A stretch of 64,000 nt of DNA, from positions 12,841,903 through 12,905,902 of the forward strand of contig CM082577.2 of the NCBI GenBank assembly GCA_040954595.2, given 5' to 3'. This document shows, piece by piece, positions 23,996 to 36,500 of this stretch. The notes below the pieces were generated by a model, which searched no databases, was not told the origin of the DNA, and saw only the letters and a list, made by a program, of their open reading frames with translations. This stretch comes from Balanoglossus misakiensis (Eukaryota > Animalia > Hemichordata). Each line of letters opens with the position of its first letter. Position 1 is the stretch's first letter. The position numbers were made by a program, and so were the translations under genes.

Positions 23996-25014
23996 TGTAA
24001 CGTTGGTATAAAGATGCACACAGACAATATAGCTGGAGTCATCAATACCGGTTCTTTTATTCCCTATTCCACATTCATAAGGCAAGGACAAAGAGGAAAA
24101 CGAAAACCTGTGTACAGAAAGTACAGAAAACATCTGTATAAATAATACAGCCGCATGTCAACACTTTGTTACAATCAACTAGTAATCACATTTTCCGCTG
24201 AGAAACCCAAATCACATGTAACTACAGGCAATACAACAACAAATTCAATATATATTGCTGCATCAGAGAGATGGCGTGCTGAGCAATGGGTAGACTGGAT
24301 GACTACATCATTACAGTTGCAGTATAACAATAAAAGAGATTTGTTGATGCTTTCCAATAATACACGAAACTCACCCTGACAGGATGCAACCTGTGTCTGT
24401 GGCTTTGTATAATTCTCTGCACTGTCGCACTAAAACACCTGTTTAGATAGTAAACGGCAATGTAAGTGTCTCGCAAAACTACAGAGCCTTTCCGCCAGTA
24501 CATGTAAACATAAAATCAAATTGATGTGGTTTCGCTAAAATGTATGCTGATGAAACTACCAAAAAATGCCTTTACCAATGGAATAGCTATGACTGGGGGT
24601 CATTTTATGAGAAGTATAAGACTCGGTTTTATGTCAACAATAACACGAAATATCAAAGTTTGCAAAAAATACTGCAGCGACAACGGTCGCAACTGAACAG
24701 TAAACACTTGTCTGTGCGTCGACCATCTGATGTGCACGTACGCTGGCATCAAACGATGTATACTAGAAACTTTCAAAAATTGTATGAAAAAGTATTCAAA
24801 AAAACTCCAAATATAACACGGGGACGCTTACCAAGCAGGGACTCATGCAGATCTACTACACGATGTGGCACAAGCGCTCGATTTTCTGATAAAATGACGA
24901 GCAACAATTTCAGTGGGCGCTCAAGAATCAGAGCATTCCCATTTTTGTGAAATGCGCATGCGCAAGCCAAATTGCGCCCTCAAACATATGAGTGGTCAAA
25001 ATCGCAGCCTTACA
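23996..25014 (-). repeat. 5' LTR of element B
   Basis: Copy of 17184-18202. AATAAA on the minus strand at 24056-24061. Confidence 0.95.
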
Positions 25015-25026
25015 TAAACATGACAT

Positions 25027-27930
25027 TTACACCTTGGCCACCCTGTTGACTCGACTGTCTGATCTCAATTCCTGTTTGAGTTTCTCCCAGAAGAGCCTCC
25101 TGCCCATCTCATTCCTGGGCCACCTGATGTAGGTTTTTGTCAGTAAGATATTACGTAATATGCGAGGCATGACGTCATCAGGAACATCTTCCAGTGATAC
25201 CATTACTATGATGTCTCGCTTCTCTTCAAAGAGGCAACTCTGCGCCATTCTCATTTCAAAGTAACACCACTCGCTTTGCGCAAAATGCGGAGACAGGATC
25301 AACATCGTCTTGTGGCTGTTCTCTATACTGTCCAGAATGTTCTGGATGATATCGTTGCCGCCCATGAAATCCCGTTCATGAATACACAGTTTAAAGTTTG
25401 GCGGGTCGATATTCTCCAAATGGGGAACCAGGTCGTGAATAACCCAATCCCTGTCGTGTTCATTATAAACTACAAAGGCATCATACTGTTTCTCGGCCGG
25501 CTGGTCATCTTTATCAACTCGCCGATAACCTCCTCGTTTCAGTTTCATGAGGAAGTAACCGTAACGGATGTGCCAGTGAAATCGTTTGCAAAGTGCGACA
25601 CTTACTGAAACTAAAACAGTGACACCTAACAGCGGCAGTGAGATCATGAATGCTAAACTACATTCCAAGCCTAATTCGACCTCGTTCACGAACAAATTCT
25701 CTTTGCCTTCAGGTGACGCACATATCATTTGCTTCAGTTCACCGTAATCAGAATATGTCAACACTTGATCATCTTCCATCTGCCACTCACGAAATGCCTT
25801 CATTTTACAAGAGCAATCAAACGGATTCCCATAAATTTTCAGGGCTGCTAAGTTTGGCAACGATGTCAGCAGTTCTGGCGAGAAGACTGCAATTGAATTT
25901 TCAGATAGATCTAATATCTTCAGCTTTGTAAGTTTGTATGGCGTGCCGTCAATGTAAGATATTTTGTTGTTTGGCACTCTCAGTTCCTCAAGGTTGACAT
26001 AAACGTTCAAACTCGTAAAATTGATCTGGTTGAAATTGTTATTTGCCAGTTGGAGAACTTTGAGGGAATGGTGAGGCTGTAGCATTATCACGTCGGCATC
26101 AAGTATGACTGCTTCTGTTGGTCTGATAAATGCGACACCGTCTACAACAAGTATTTTAAGGTACTTTAGTTGAAGATTTCTCGGGAATACTTGACTGACA
26201 ACCAACTGGCTACCGAGAATGCGCAGAGTCTCAAGATGTTGAACGTCTTGGAGATTGAAGTCTTTGGTCCCCAGTGTACTTAGAGTGAGCTCGGTGAGAT
26301 TGGAGAGATTTTGGAATGGGTGCTCCTCTGTGCTTTCATAGTACAGTTTATTAGCATGGAGGAGGAGTGATGTCAGCGAGGAGAGGGTCACAAATGCCTT
26401 GTTTGGCACTACTTTCAGGTCATTAAAGGACAAGTCTAACATCCGCAAGCTTGACAGGTGATAAAACGCCCTCGGGTGTATGGAATAGAACTTGTTGTGA
26501 CTGAGGACGAGCGTGGCCAGTGAACGCAGGTTTGCGAGCGTGTTCCGGGGAATTTGTCCTGAATAGCGATTGTGACTGATGTCGAGATATCTCAGACTAG
26601 ACACTTGTAACATTGCCTCCGTTAGTTCCTGGAAATCTTCAAAATCATTTCCCCGTAATATCAAGGTTGTTAACTTAAGCAATCCCTGGAATGAAAGTGG
26701 GGGAAGAGAACTGGGCTTACAGTAACACATCTTCAAAGATACGAGTTGTGGCAACCAGAAAAATGAATCCTCTTCTATGGTATCTATTAGGTTATAAGAT
26801 ATGTCCAATTCAAGTAGGCTACTATTCGCTAGCCCCCGAAACAACATTTCTGTTATGTTGAATCTCTCCTCTGTTAATAGTATGTGGCCTAAGTGAAGAG
26901 TTTCAATTTTTGCCTTCAAAGTATCTTTAAACATATGGTCGAGCAACTGTATGCCAGTCAGTCCACCGACATCAATATATAGGAGTGCAACTTTGTCAAG
27001 ATTAATTACAAGCGGGAGTTGTCCTTGATGTGGCGGAGAATAGTTCCAAAAGACATTGATTCGAAATATGCTCAGGTTTGCATTGGACAAGTCAAATGTT
27101 GGTACCGACGGCCCGTCTACGGACACCAGATCCAAGGACACTTCCTTTAGCCGCGGAAAGCTGGAAAATCTAACACTACAATCGCCTGTCACGTGATACA
27201 TCTGCTTCACTGTCATCTTTTCAATGTTTACCAGCGGTTCGAAGGACTCCATTGGTATACATTTGGTCTGATAGAAATCCAAATAAATCACTTTAAGGTT
27301 TACCAGGTCTTGAAATGTTGATCTGGTAAAGTCTGTTACTGAAGGCGGTGAGAAGAAGTCCTCCAGGTGGAGTTCTTCTAATCTTTGAAGGCCACGAAAG
27401 AGTGACGACATTGTTTGATTCGAAATGGGTCTTCGTAAAAGGCGTCCACATATTTTAAGTACGGATAGCTTGCTGAGTCTGGCGAACGGTTCCTGCTGCA
27501 GGTCTTCGATATTTCCTGTGCGAATGGTGAGAACTTCTAGCTTTGTTAGATATGCAAATGTTCCCTTACCGAAGGTAATGTAGCCATTGCCGGTAAATTC
27601 CAAAGATCTGAGAGAGTGCAGTCCCTTGAATGCCTCGGCGTGAATGGAGAGATCACGTCCAAGGAACATGGTCAACTCCAGTAGTCCGTGAAGGGTTTCG
27701 AAGCAGCGCGGTGGAAAGTTGGCGATGTCATTGTGCGACAGGTCCAAGTGAGTCGCCGATGTTGGTAGGTTCCTGGGTACAGTCTTCATGTTCCGGTAGG
27801 TGCAGTCGACGCGTGTGTTGTTGTAAACCTTGCATGTCGGTTCGGATGCACACAAAGACACAGCACAGAACATTATCAACATGCATAGTGGAATAGCGCC
27901 GCTGATTACAAATCGAACGAGTTTCGCCAT
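25027..27930 (-). CDS. Toll-like receptor, single-cysteine-cluster type, intronless CDS (967 aa)
   Basis: Signal peptide, LRRNT, many LxxLxLxxN repeats, LRRCT NPFDCSC, a TM helix, and a TIR domain with YDAFVVY, LCIHERDF, SEWCYFE and FW. Confidence 0.97.
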   Translation of the reverse strand: MAKLVRFVISGAIPLCMLIMFCAVSLCASEPTCKVYNNTRVDCTYRNMKTVPRNLPTSATHLDLSHNDIANFPPRCFETLHGLLELTMFLGRDLSIHAEAFKGLHSLRSLEFTGNGYITFGKGTFAYLTKLEVLTIRTGNIEDLQQEPFARLSKLSVLKICGRLLRRPISNQTMSSLFRGLQRLEELHLEDFFSPPSVTDFTRSTFQDLVNLKVIYLDFYQTKCIPMESFEPLVNIEKMTVKQMYHVTGDCSVRFSSFPRLKEVSLDLVSVDGPSVPTFDLSNANLSIFRINVFWNYSPPHQGQLPLVINLDKVALLYIDVGGLTGIQLLDHMFKDTLKAKIETLHLGHILLTEERFNITEMLFRGLANSSLLELDISYNLIDTIEEDSFFWLPQLVSLKMCYCKPSSLPPLSFQGLLKLTTLILRGNDFEDFQELTEAMLQVSSLRYLDISHNRYSGQIPRNTLANLRSLATLVLSHNKFYSIHPRAFYHLSSLRMLDLSFNDLKVVPNKAFVTLSSLTSLLLHANKLYYESTEEHPFQNLSNLTELTLSTLGTKDFNLQDVQHLETLRILGSQLVVSQVFPRNLQLKYLKILVVDGVAFIRPTEAVILDADVIMLQPHHSLKVLQLANNNFNQINFTSLNVYVNLEELRVPNNKISYIDGTPYKLTKLKILDLSENSIAVFSPELLTSLPNLAALKIYGNPFDCSCKMKAFREWQMEDDQVLTYSDYGELKQMICASPEGKENLFVNEVELGLECSLAFMISLPLLGVTVLVSVSVALCKRFHWHIRYGYFLMKLKRGGYRRVDKDDQPAEKQYDAFVVYNEHDRDWVIHDLVPHLENIDPPNFKLCIHERDFMGGNDIIQNILDSIENSHKTMLILSPHFAQSEWCYFEMRMAQSCLFEEKRDIIVMVSLEDVPDDVMPRILRNILLTKTYIRWPRNEMGRRLFWEKLKQELRSDSRVNRVAKV

Positions 27931-28609
27931 TTTTGCCTCTACAAAAGTAGGGAGCCCAGTTCTCCTCTTGGTGCGGATGATAGTACAACTGTTTGTAGAT
28001 CTGGAAGTGTTGCCTCATTAATTTAAAGGGTTCTCAGATAACAGTCTGACCGTGTCAGCTTACTCACATACCGTTAGCATGCACGCCATCGAAACTACAC
28101 AAGAACATGCGAGTCTGCATCATAGCTTTTTAATCGGAAATGCTTAAATACTCGTATCGTGGCATTCCAATTGATGTCAAAGAGTAGGATATCAATTCAG
28201 TCATCCGTATAGATGAACAGAGAATAGTTCACATGTGGGTCCAAGCATGCAAATGGCGTTATTTTCACATCACTTATATTCACTGGCACGTGTACACATG
28301 TACTTGTCCGGTCCCAAGATAATGTCACATTTTGAAAGGTTCTGCCACACGTCTACTCTGTTGAATAAAAGAGAAGTCTGTTTTTTTTTGTCCTCAATGA
28401 CATTCAAGTCAGAATCCAAACGTATGTGACTCACGAGCATCACGAGCCTCGTATCATCCTGAACCACGTGCGTTCATGGCAACATCACTCAACATCTGTT
28501 TCTTTCAAAAGGTTTCGACAGCCATCCATGTTTTTTGTCATAGCTTTTATTGATTATAAATTACCCCCGCAACCTTCAGATTACGTCTGTAATTATGGTA
28601 AGTGTCTTA

Positions 28610-31600
28610 GCCACTGAAATTAACCTGTGGAATTTCTAATGGAAGCTGCTTCTTTGAAACAATTTAACACGGACACTCTATTTGTTCAAATGATTTAGGG
28701 GCCCCTGGCCGGCCCCATGTTTAATTTTAATTTTTCAGAATGTATAAATAGTATAGATACCGAAACAGTCGTATATTTTACTATCGTTTTAACATGCCTA
28801 ATAATAGCTTACATGTATATTATTATAATATGCTTGGTGTGAATCTAGCTTGCTGATTGGCTGGAGCCGGGGTTTATATTCTCGACAAGAAGACCTAGTA
28901 CATGTAGTACCTGGACCCTGAACAGTGAATAGTTTTTAAAAAAGTAACCGAAATAGAACACGTAGAAGAGAACGCACCTGAATAGAACGCACTTGCCACA
29001 TTCTATTGGCGGTGGCATAAAATCGCGTGACTTTAGAAATTCTAGAACGCGTTTGCACGAGCTCAGCTTGCGCGTTCTGGAACAGTGCGCGACGAGGCCC
29101 TTGAACTAGCATGAATTTTCCCCAACCAAACAACGGATTTGAAAAAATGAAATTGTTTATCTTTATCAAGCGAAATCATATTATAATGAGGTTATAAACG
29201 GTGCGCTCGGGTATTTGGTACGGATATAAGACCTCTCAGGTGAAAATTAGCATATTTGGGTGAAATAATCACCTCGCTACGCTCGGTGATTATTTCCCGC
29301 CAAATATGCTAATTTTCACCTGCGAGGTCTTATATCCGCAACCAAATACCCTCGCTAGCCGTTTATAACCTCTAATTATTTCATGGTAGGTAGTAAGTTG
29401 CTAAAACTAGAACTGGGTGCGGTGAGTCTCAACCGTCTGACAAACTCGGAACTAAGAACTCGCAACCAAGGAATCTCCTTGAGGAGAAAAATATATCATT
29501 CAATTGTCGAACCTTACATACGTCAGTCTATATAGTTAACTGTAACACGATGGCAGCAGCCGTTTGAATAACCATTGGCAAGGCTTTTGCTGCATTACAA
29601 TGTTGTAGGACAAAAACTAAGTGGGTTTGGCTGTGCCTTGGCGCGCATGAAAATCTGGCATGATCAGACTCTCAGAGGATGCGTATAAAAACAGCGATAA
29701 ATATGTTGGTCGGATGCATCTGTTTAATACCACAGGCCTAACAATGGCTATTTCCATGCATGGTTGGCATAGGAGCCACAGTAGCGAAACTTAAGTAGCT
29801 TAAAGGGTCTATGTCATGCCAGTACCAACAACACGTAAAATCACTCTTTGAGTGTTGAAGTCGCGGTATATATGTTGCCGTCTAGAATATCACCGGGTAC
29901 ACCAAAAGGTATTTCGACTTTAACAACAGAAAATAACAGTTTAATGAATTTCGTAATTGGCTGCTGACCTTTACCCTTTCATGAAATTTCTAGGCCCTTG
30001 TTCTTCAAAATAACACCACTTACTACTTTGGCGGAAACAAATAACCTCGGGGGGGGGGGGTCAAATATAAAAGTTACTGTGTTCCATCACTGAAGGCACA
30101 GTCTACTTAAGAGGGCTTTAAAAACTACTAACCAAATAATTAAATTCTCTATTTCCCATACAGTGGCGTGACGGACTTGCTTTACGAAACTATTTTCTTG
30201 AGTACAAATGTACAGACATACTAATTATGAAAGGACTCATCACATAGCAAAATCAATGCGCGTTTTAGGCTTCCGCCTTGTTTTCTCCGGTCTTGAGTCT
30301 CCTTGCGCATACAATTATACTTGTCAGTGAATATTACAGCATCTTGTGGCGACCAAGGTATCTGTATAGACAGTGAGTAAACTCTAGGCTACTTGATATT
30401 ATATGAACGATTTCTTCATAAATACTTTAGACCATTGACATATACTGCATTATGTGCAACACAATCCCATATGCTATATTTGTCACATTTCTCCGGGGTG
30501 TTAAGATGGATTGAATTATGGCTATGGCTGATTTAATTATGCTTGTTTGTTGATTTAATTATACTGACACAATCCTGAAAGCAATTATCTGACAGGTAAC
30601 AGTAAGAACCACTTTTGTCTCGCCCGCGTGGCAGTGGTGGTCTAAATGAGGGAAATGACTATTTTAGTATTGTGATGATTGGAAGCGAGGCCTATACATT
30701 TCGCAGTCTCTCGTGTGATTCGAATGCAGTTTCATACAAAACGTTTAATTTTTCTGTCTTTCGTTGCGGACCATGAGTACGATTTAAAGCTCTGAGGATT
30801 GAGTTATTCTCTGTCTTGGTATAGTGGTTATACGTCGCGTGTGTTTCGCATCAGCCTCCAGGCTTCGAGTTGTCTATATCCAGACTGCGGTGTGGAATCT
30901 AAAACACACTGCGGTCTGGATACCAAGCTACCCTTGTCTTTATTGCGTACGTTTGCAAGTACCATTATTAACTCAATGACGCCCAGATTAGCCAGTCCAA
31001 CACCAGCCCGATAATCTCTGAAGTACCATACGTAGTCACTCAGAAAATGAAAATGCATTTGCACAAGCAATTAATGCTAATTATTGTCCAACGATTAGCA
31101 ACGGCCGGGTCATTGCTCCGGCCAATCAGTAGTGTGTTTCGGCGAGAGTAGACTGTGTGTCTAGACCCTGTGTGTGAGTATATCTAAAACACACTGGAGT
31201 ATATGGATGCCAGACTAGGTATTCTCTTGATCCAGGACCCTCCCGGATCCACTCGCTCAGTTTTTGTCCTACAATGTTCTAATTTGCAGTGCATTGTACA
31301 TAGTTCGTGGAGTGATCATTTCAACTGCCGCTGCCATCGTGTGATAGCAAACCACTCAGACTAAAGTGTGTAAGGTCCGTTAAAGTATAATTTTTCCTGT
31401 AAACAGGAGACCCCTTGGTTGCGGTTCAGTGCTGAAGCTGTTGCAGCTCCGACCTTTGACAGACTTTCACGTACAGTTCAGCATGAAATCAATAAGCTAT
31501 TGTTAGGCCTTGGAAAGCCCTGAATAGTACAGTTTAAGACTGTTTTTGTATCCATACGGGTTTGTGTTTATACTTAGAAAAAAAAGTAAAATTAAACAGG

Positions 31601-31690
31601 GCCCGACGTCCGTTGGAAAATTTATAGGGCATTGTAAATGTCACACAGGAGCAGGCTTCTATGGAAAATGAATTTAATTAAACTTCCCAG
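28610..31690. repeat. Old degenerate inverted repeat (arms ~28610-29640 and ~31240-31690)
   Basis: Colinear reverse-complement blocks, e.g. TGTAGGACAAAAACT, CACGATGGCAGC, GCAACCAAGG, TAAGCTATT.TTAGGC and AAAATTAAACA. Confidence 0.65.
28812..29376. mobile_element. Probable non-autonomous insertion with a ~185-bp terminal hairpin (29188-29372)
   Basis: Long imperfect palindrome GAGGTTATAAACGG...CCGTTTATAACCTC. The segment is absent from the other arm of the surrounding inverted repeat. Boundaries are approximate. Confidence 0.6.
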
Positions 31691-32889
31691 TCCAGTGCTG
31701 CTTGTGGCCCAAAAGTTGGACTACTTTCTGCATACCAGTATTCTATAGCGCGTATTAATTTTGCTTACGTGACGCGTCTTTTGAGTGCTCATTTTATTTA
31801 TATACCGAATACAAATTCGCCACGAAGGTAAACACGAGCGAAGCTACATTCCATACATACAAATAGAGCATTGGTAAGCAGTTATTTTTTTAACTTTTTA
31901 GTATATAGAATGTTTGATGATTGAATACAGAAACGTTTTAAAGCTTTTATCTACAATACATTGTTGTTTCAGAACTAGACACCATTAGTATGAACGCATC
32001 GCGAAAGCATTATGATCCTGACCAGTGTGCTCAAACTCAAATGTGGTAACAAGTTGTGAAAACTCGCCATTCCTTTCCGTTTTGTGTAGTCTATTACTGC
32101 ACGTTGTCTGCCCATGCACGTGCCCGCGTGTACACTGTACTTCTTTGTGCTGTTGAGGTCATGAGGTTCGGTCTACCTCACGCATGCTACGTCTAACAGT
32201 TTTGTTGATGACTTGCATGCTTACTCCTGGGGTCAAAATCCGCGTTTCTCTTAAGCGACAGTCTTTAAATTCTGCCACCGTCCATCCACAAATGCACACG
32301 TTGGGTGCCATTGTTCTTGAACCATGTGAACGTTGTACTAAAATCGAACCCCCGCTCACCCCGATGGTTCTGCGCCATAAGCAAACTTTGCATTCTTGGC
32401 ATGTGCGGCTTGTCTGTGATCCGCACAGAGGCATTCTCAATACACGCGTTGTCACTTTACTTGGGGGCAATATTGTGAAACATCGACGGCCACGTATGTG
32501 TACTAGAAATTGACGTTGACTTCATATGTGGTTGGTACTCACTCCTATATAGTTGCTACCCTGTGAAGTTTGAATATGTGAGCCAGGAGCAAAAGTCTAA
32601 CCATGCATAAATCATATCAGCCTTCACAGTTCGTAACAGCCAGTGCTGCCTATTCATTATAACATCTCACCCGTACCTGGACTCCTTTTATGCTATTGTG
32701 GTCAGGTCGACCTCACAGTTTTGTAGGTAACCCGTCAGCCCAATAGAACAATTCGCCATAGCCTCTGCACATGAACTGTGCCGTTCAGAAGTTATTTTCG
32801 CAAGTGACGCTATGTATTCTGCGGCAGTGGGGCTACTTTCATCTGCACAGCAAGTGAAACACGGCAGGATTCTTCACATCACTTCACGT

Positions 32890-33340
32890 CTGGCTTGGCT
32901 TGCTTTGATCTGAGCTGGTTTGAAGTTTTTTGTTTAGTTTGGCTTGGCTTGCTTGGGTCTGGTCTCGTTTGGCTTTTGGTTTTGTTCGGTCTGGTCTGGA
33001 CTTGTTTTTTGTTGTTTTTTGGACTTGTTTGTTTTTTGGTCTAGTTTGTTCTGGTTTTGTCTGGTCTGGTTTGACTTGTTTTGGTCTGATGTGGTTTGGT
33101 TTGGTTTGGTTTGGTTTAGTTTGTTCTGGTTTGTTCTTGTCTGGTCTGGTTTCATTTTTTTGGTATTGCTTAGCTTGGCTTGGTTAGGTCTGGTCTCAGT
33201 TGACTTGGTTTGCAATTGGCTTTTGGTTTGGTTTGGTTTGGTTTGGTCTGGACTGGTTATGTCTTGTTGGTTTGGTATGGTTTGGTTTAGTTTTTTGGTT
33301 TGGTCTGATCAGGTTTGGCTTGGTTTGGACAGGTCTGGAG
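32890..33340. repeat. Degenerate pentanucleotide repeat (TTTGG/TCTGG)n
   Basis: Directly visible. Confidence 0.9.
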
Positions 33341-33578
33341 TTTTATCTGCCATTCAAAAATGCTTAACGCAAAGAAGTATATGTACGTATCTGTAGTTAA
33401 AAGATTTGTAGGACGCCAGTCTTCAGACGAACCCGGTTCACTTTTCTCATGTGCCATGAATTACCATGAATTCAACTGGCACTAGCAGGATTGGCCGCAC
33501 TACTGTGCCATTCGAATATTTCTAAATTCGTCCCAATTTGTCTATTGCAGCCGCAACGATAACAGCCAAACTCGAACA

Positions 33579-36500
33579 ATGAATATGAAGACGAGTACTT
33601 TCGTTCTCCTACTGGGCATTGCTCTCGTTATCTCGCTGTTCACCACTGACTGCGAGGCCTATTCCCGCAAAGGAAAGGTGGAGGCAGTTCGTGAAAAATT
33701 TCGCCGAAAAATCGCGTAAGTCATGTCGCTTGCAAATCGAATTCTAATACATTGAATTGCAGTGACGGTTGCTGTGTTTGGCTAGTTTGTTTTCTTCTTC
33801 AGTATGCATGCAATATGTGCAGAAACACAACAGCAAAAAAGAACTGGCCCATTAGCGTGTTTGGATAAAACCCACGGCAGAGATACCCAACGAAGTTGAT
33901 CAACATTGACCAGCGATTTCTGGCTACCTGAAACAGGTTTCGACTTCACGGTAGGGGTCAAATCATACTACATATAATAAGTACACTCTGGGTAAAAGGT
34001 CGACAACTCACTGTAGAAAGAGTTTGAAGAAATGACATGTTAACTTCCTTATAGTGCGGTATGGTATGTCATGAAAAACAGCTCCCGTAGGATTGTTGTG
34101 CTAAAATTGATTTTTTTGCTGTTTTGGCTTCTATGGGGACCCAACTATCCGAAAATGATGGGGTGCAATTTTAAGGGCCCCTCCATCATATTTTTCTGGG
34201 CGGGGGGTACTTCCGTTTTGTGGTATGATGTGTATTCCCGTTGGATTTTTGTGCGAAAATTGATTTTATTGCTGCTTTGGCTTCTATGGGGACCCAACTA
34301 CCCAAAAATGATGGGGTGCAATTTTTAGGGCCCCTCCATCATATTTTTCTTGGGGGGTACTTCCGTTTTGTGGTATGATATGTATTCCCGTAGGATTTTT
34401 GTGCTAAAATTGATTGTTTTTGCTGCTTTGGCTTCAATGGGGACCCAACTACCCGAAAATGATGGGGTGCAATTTTTAGGGCCCCTCCATCACTTTTTTT
34501 CTGGGAGGGTACTCCCGTTTTGGCCTCCCCGAAGATATTTATTCACATATCTACTCCATTTTCGTACAATTTTCTGCTAAAGATTTGTTTTGATGTTTTG
34601 ACTTAAATGGGCACCCACCTGGTCACAAAAGATCAATTTTAGGGCCCCTCTATTACATTTGTGGGAGGGGGGCACTTCCATTTCGACAATCTTAATGGTA
34701 TTTATTCACCTATTTCCTGTATTCTCGTAGGATTTTTTGCTGATAGTTATTTGTTTTGTTTGCTGTTTTGGTTTCAATGATGAATAAACACCCCCAAAAA
34801 GATGGAAATCAATTTGTTGGACCCCTCCATCACATTTTCTTGCAGGGGGAATACTTTAGTTTTAGCAGCCCTGGAGATATTTGTTCATTGATCTAACCTT
34901 CATAGTGTGACGTGTGTATTTATAAAGGATTTCTTCCAATTTCCGTTTTTTTGTTTCAACTTCTATGGGGACCTAACTGCTCAAAAATGAGGGAGGTCAA
35001 ATTTTAGGGCCCCTCCACATTTTGGGAATCTCAAATATTAGACGGTTTATGGGGTAAACATATCAGTTACCTACATTTGTATCAGTTGTCACATATACTA
35101 CAGCGCTGTCTTAGTTTTATAAATATACTTAGTTGAATTATGACTCTAACAAATCAACCACAAATATCTCTCTGATTTGGACTAATATACCTCCCCTCCA
35201 TAATATACCTCCCCTCACCTAGGACCGCCACCCAACTCATCACCACACTCATGTTTTCTATGGTTTACAAAAGTATAATATACTAGGCTATACCAAATAG
35301 TATAATATATTAGGGTCAATTAGTGAAAGTCTGTGTAGATGTGAACTTTTTCGTTAAGAGTTGTTTATTCTTTCGTAGCACAATCAATGTCTGAGATATT
35401 TAGCATTGTACTAAAATTCTCACCGATATCAGTCTGTGCAAAAACTCTGAAGTACGTTTTAGTTCAACACTTGTTTTTTTGGGTATTAAAACGATATTCA
35501 GTTGAACTCATTTCAAAGTTAAATACTGTCGTAAATAAAGCCTGTGAAGTACATGTCAGTTGAAGTATTGTCTATTTTAAAGCAGTATTTTCAAAATGTT
35601 CATGCCAATAGCGTAATAGTGCTGTAAAAAGCGCTTGAATTATGTCTTACTTCTAAAACTTGTTTTGGTAAACATTAACAATATCAAATTTGGCTCATTT
35701 TGTAGCTCAATACTACTGAAAATAAAACAAGTCTGTGAACTACATCTCAGTTTTATTACTAAATACATATTGGCTATTTTCTTAGCACCGTAAGCCGCGT
35801 TTTACGTTCCAGATCGATAGCTATTTGGACATTTTGCAATAAACTACAGAATTAATATGTCAGATAAAAACAAGATTTGCGTGATCTGTGAAAAGGGTGC
35901 CACCCCTTCATCACAATGAGGGATAAATCATACGCAACAAATTGTCCTGAACTTCCACCAATCGAAAAGAATGGATGGAAATCGGAGAATGGCGTGTTTT
36001 ATCCAGTAAAATGTCTTGCTCTCCCTGCACCAAAGCCAGTACTAGAGCTTATCAAATGTGGCTGCAAAGCAGGTTGTAGGGGACGTTGCAGTTGCTCAAA
36101 AAATGATTTACCATGTACTCCCCTCTGCAAATGCTATGGTGGAGACTGAAAACCAATTAAGGGAAAATGTTCTTGAAGATAACGACACTGACGATGAGTA
36201 GATCAAACAGAACTGGTTTTTGTGAAAATGATGATTGAGAATACCAAGATATCAGAAAAGAATCGTTATGCTTCTTGGGTTGTTTATTGCACCTTCCGTG
36301 GTAGGGAGGGTGCCTCAAGGGTTCATTTTATGAGATGGGACTGTAGCTCGGAAAATAAACTAAAATACACATTATGTACTTTATTATATATAAAGGAGTT
36401 TTAATTTACCTTGGTATACTAAATTTAGAATAAACGAAAAAATCTACGATTAAAAAACAACTGTTACAACGGGTTGGCGAAAACAAATATAGAGACCCCC

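Larger units (their letters stand above)
17184..25014 (-). mobile_element. Ty3/Gypsy LTR retrotransposon B, full length and apparently intact
   Basis: 1019-bp LTRs (17184-18202 and 23996-25014, constant offset 6812, identical ORF translations), TSD TAAA (17180-17183 and 25015-25018), PBS, PPT, and open gag and pol. Confidence 0.97.

Noticed and set aside
32159-32880. ORFs 32184-32513 (+) and 32159-32470 (-) as a possible inverted TLR paralogue or Ig relic
   Set aside because: No LRR or other coherent domain and no consistent splice sites.
32930-33396. Hydrophobic FGLVW-rich ORFs
   Set aside because: Artefact of the (TTTGG)n repeat.
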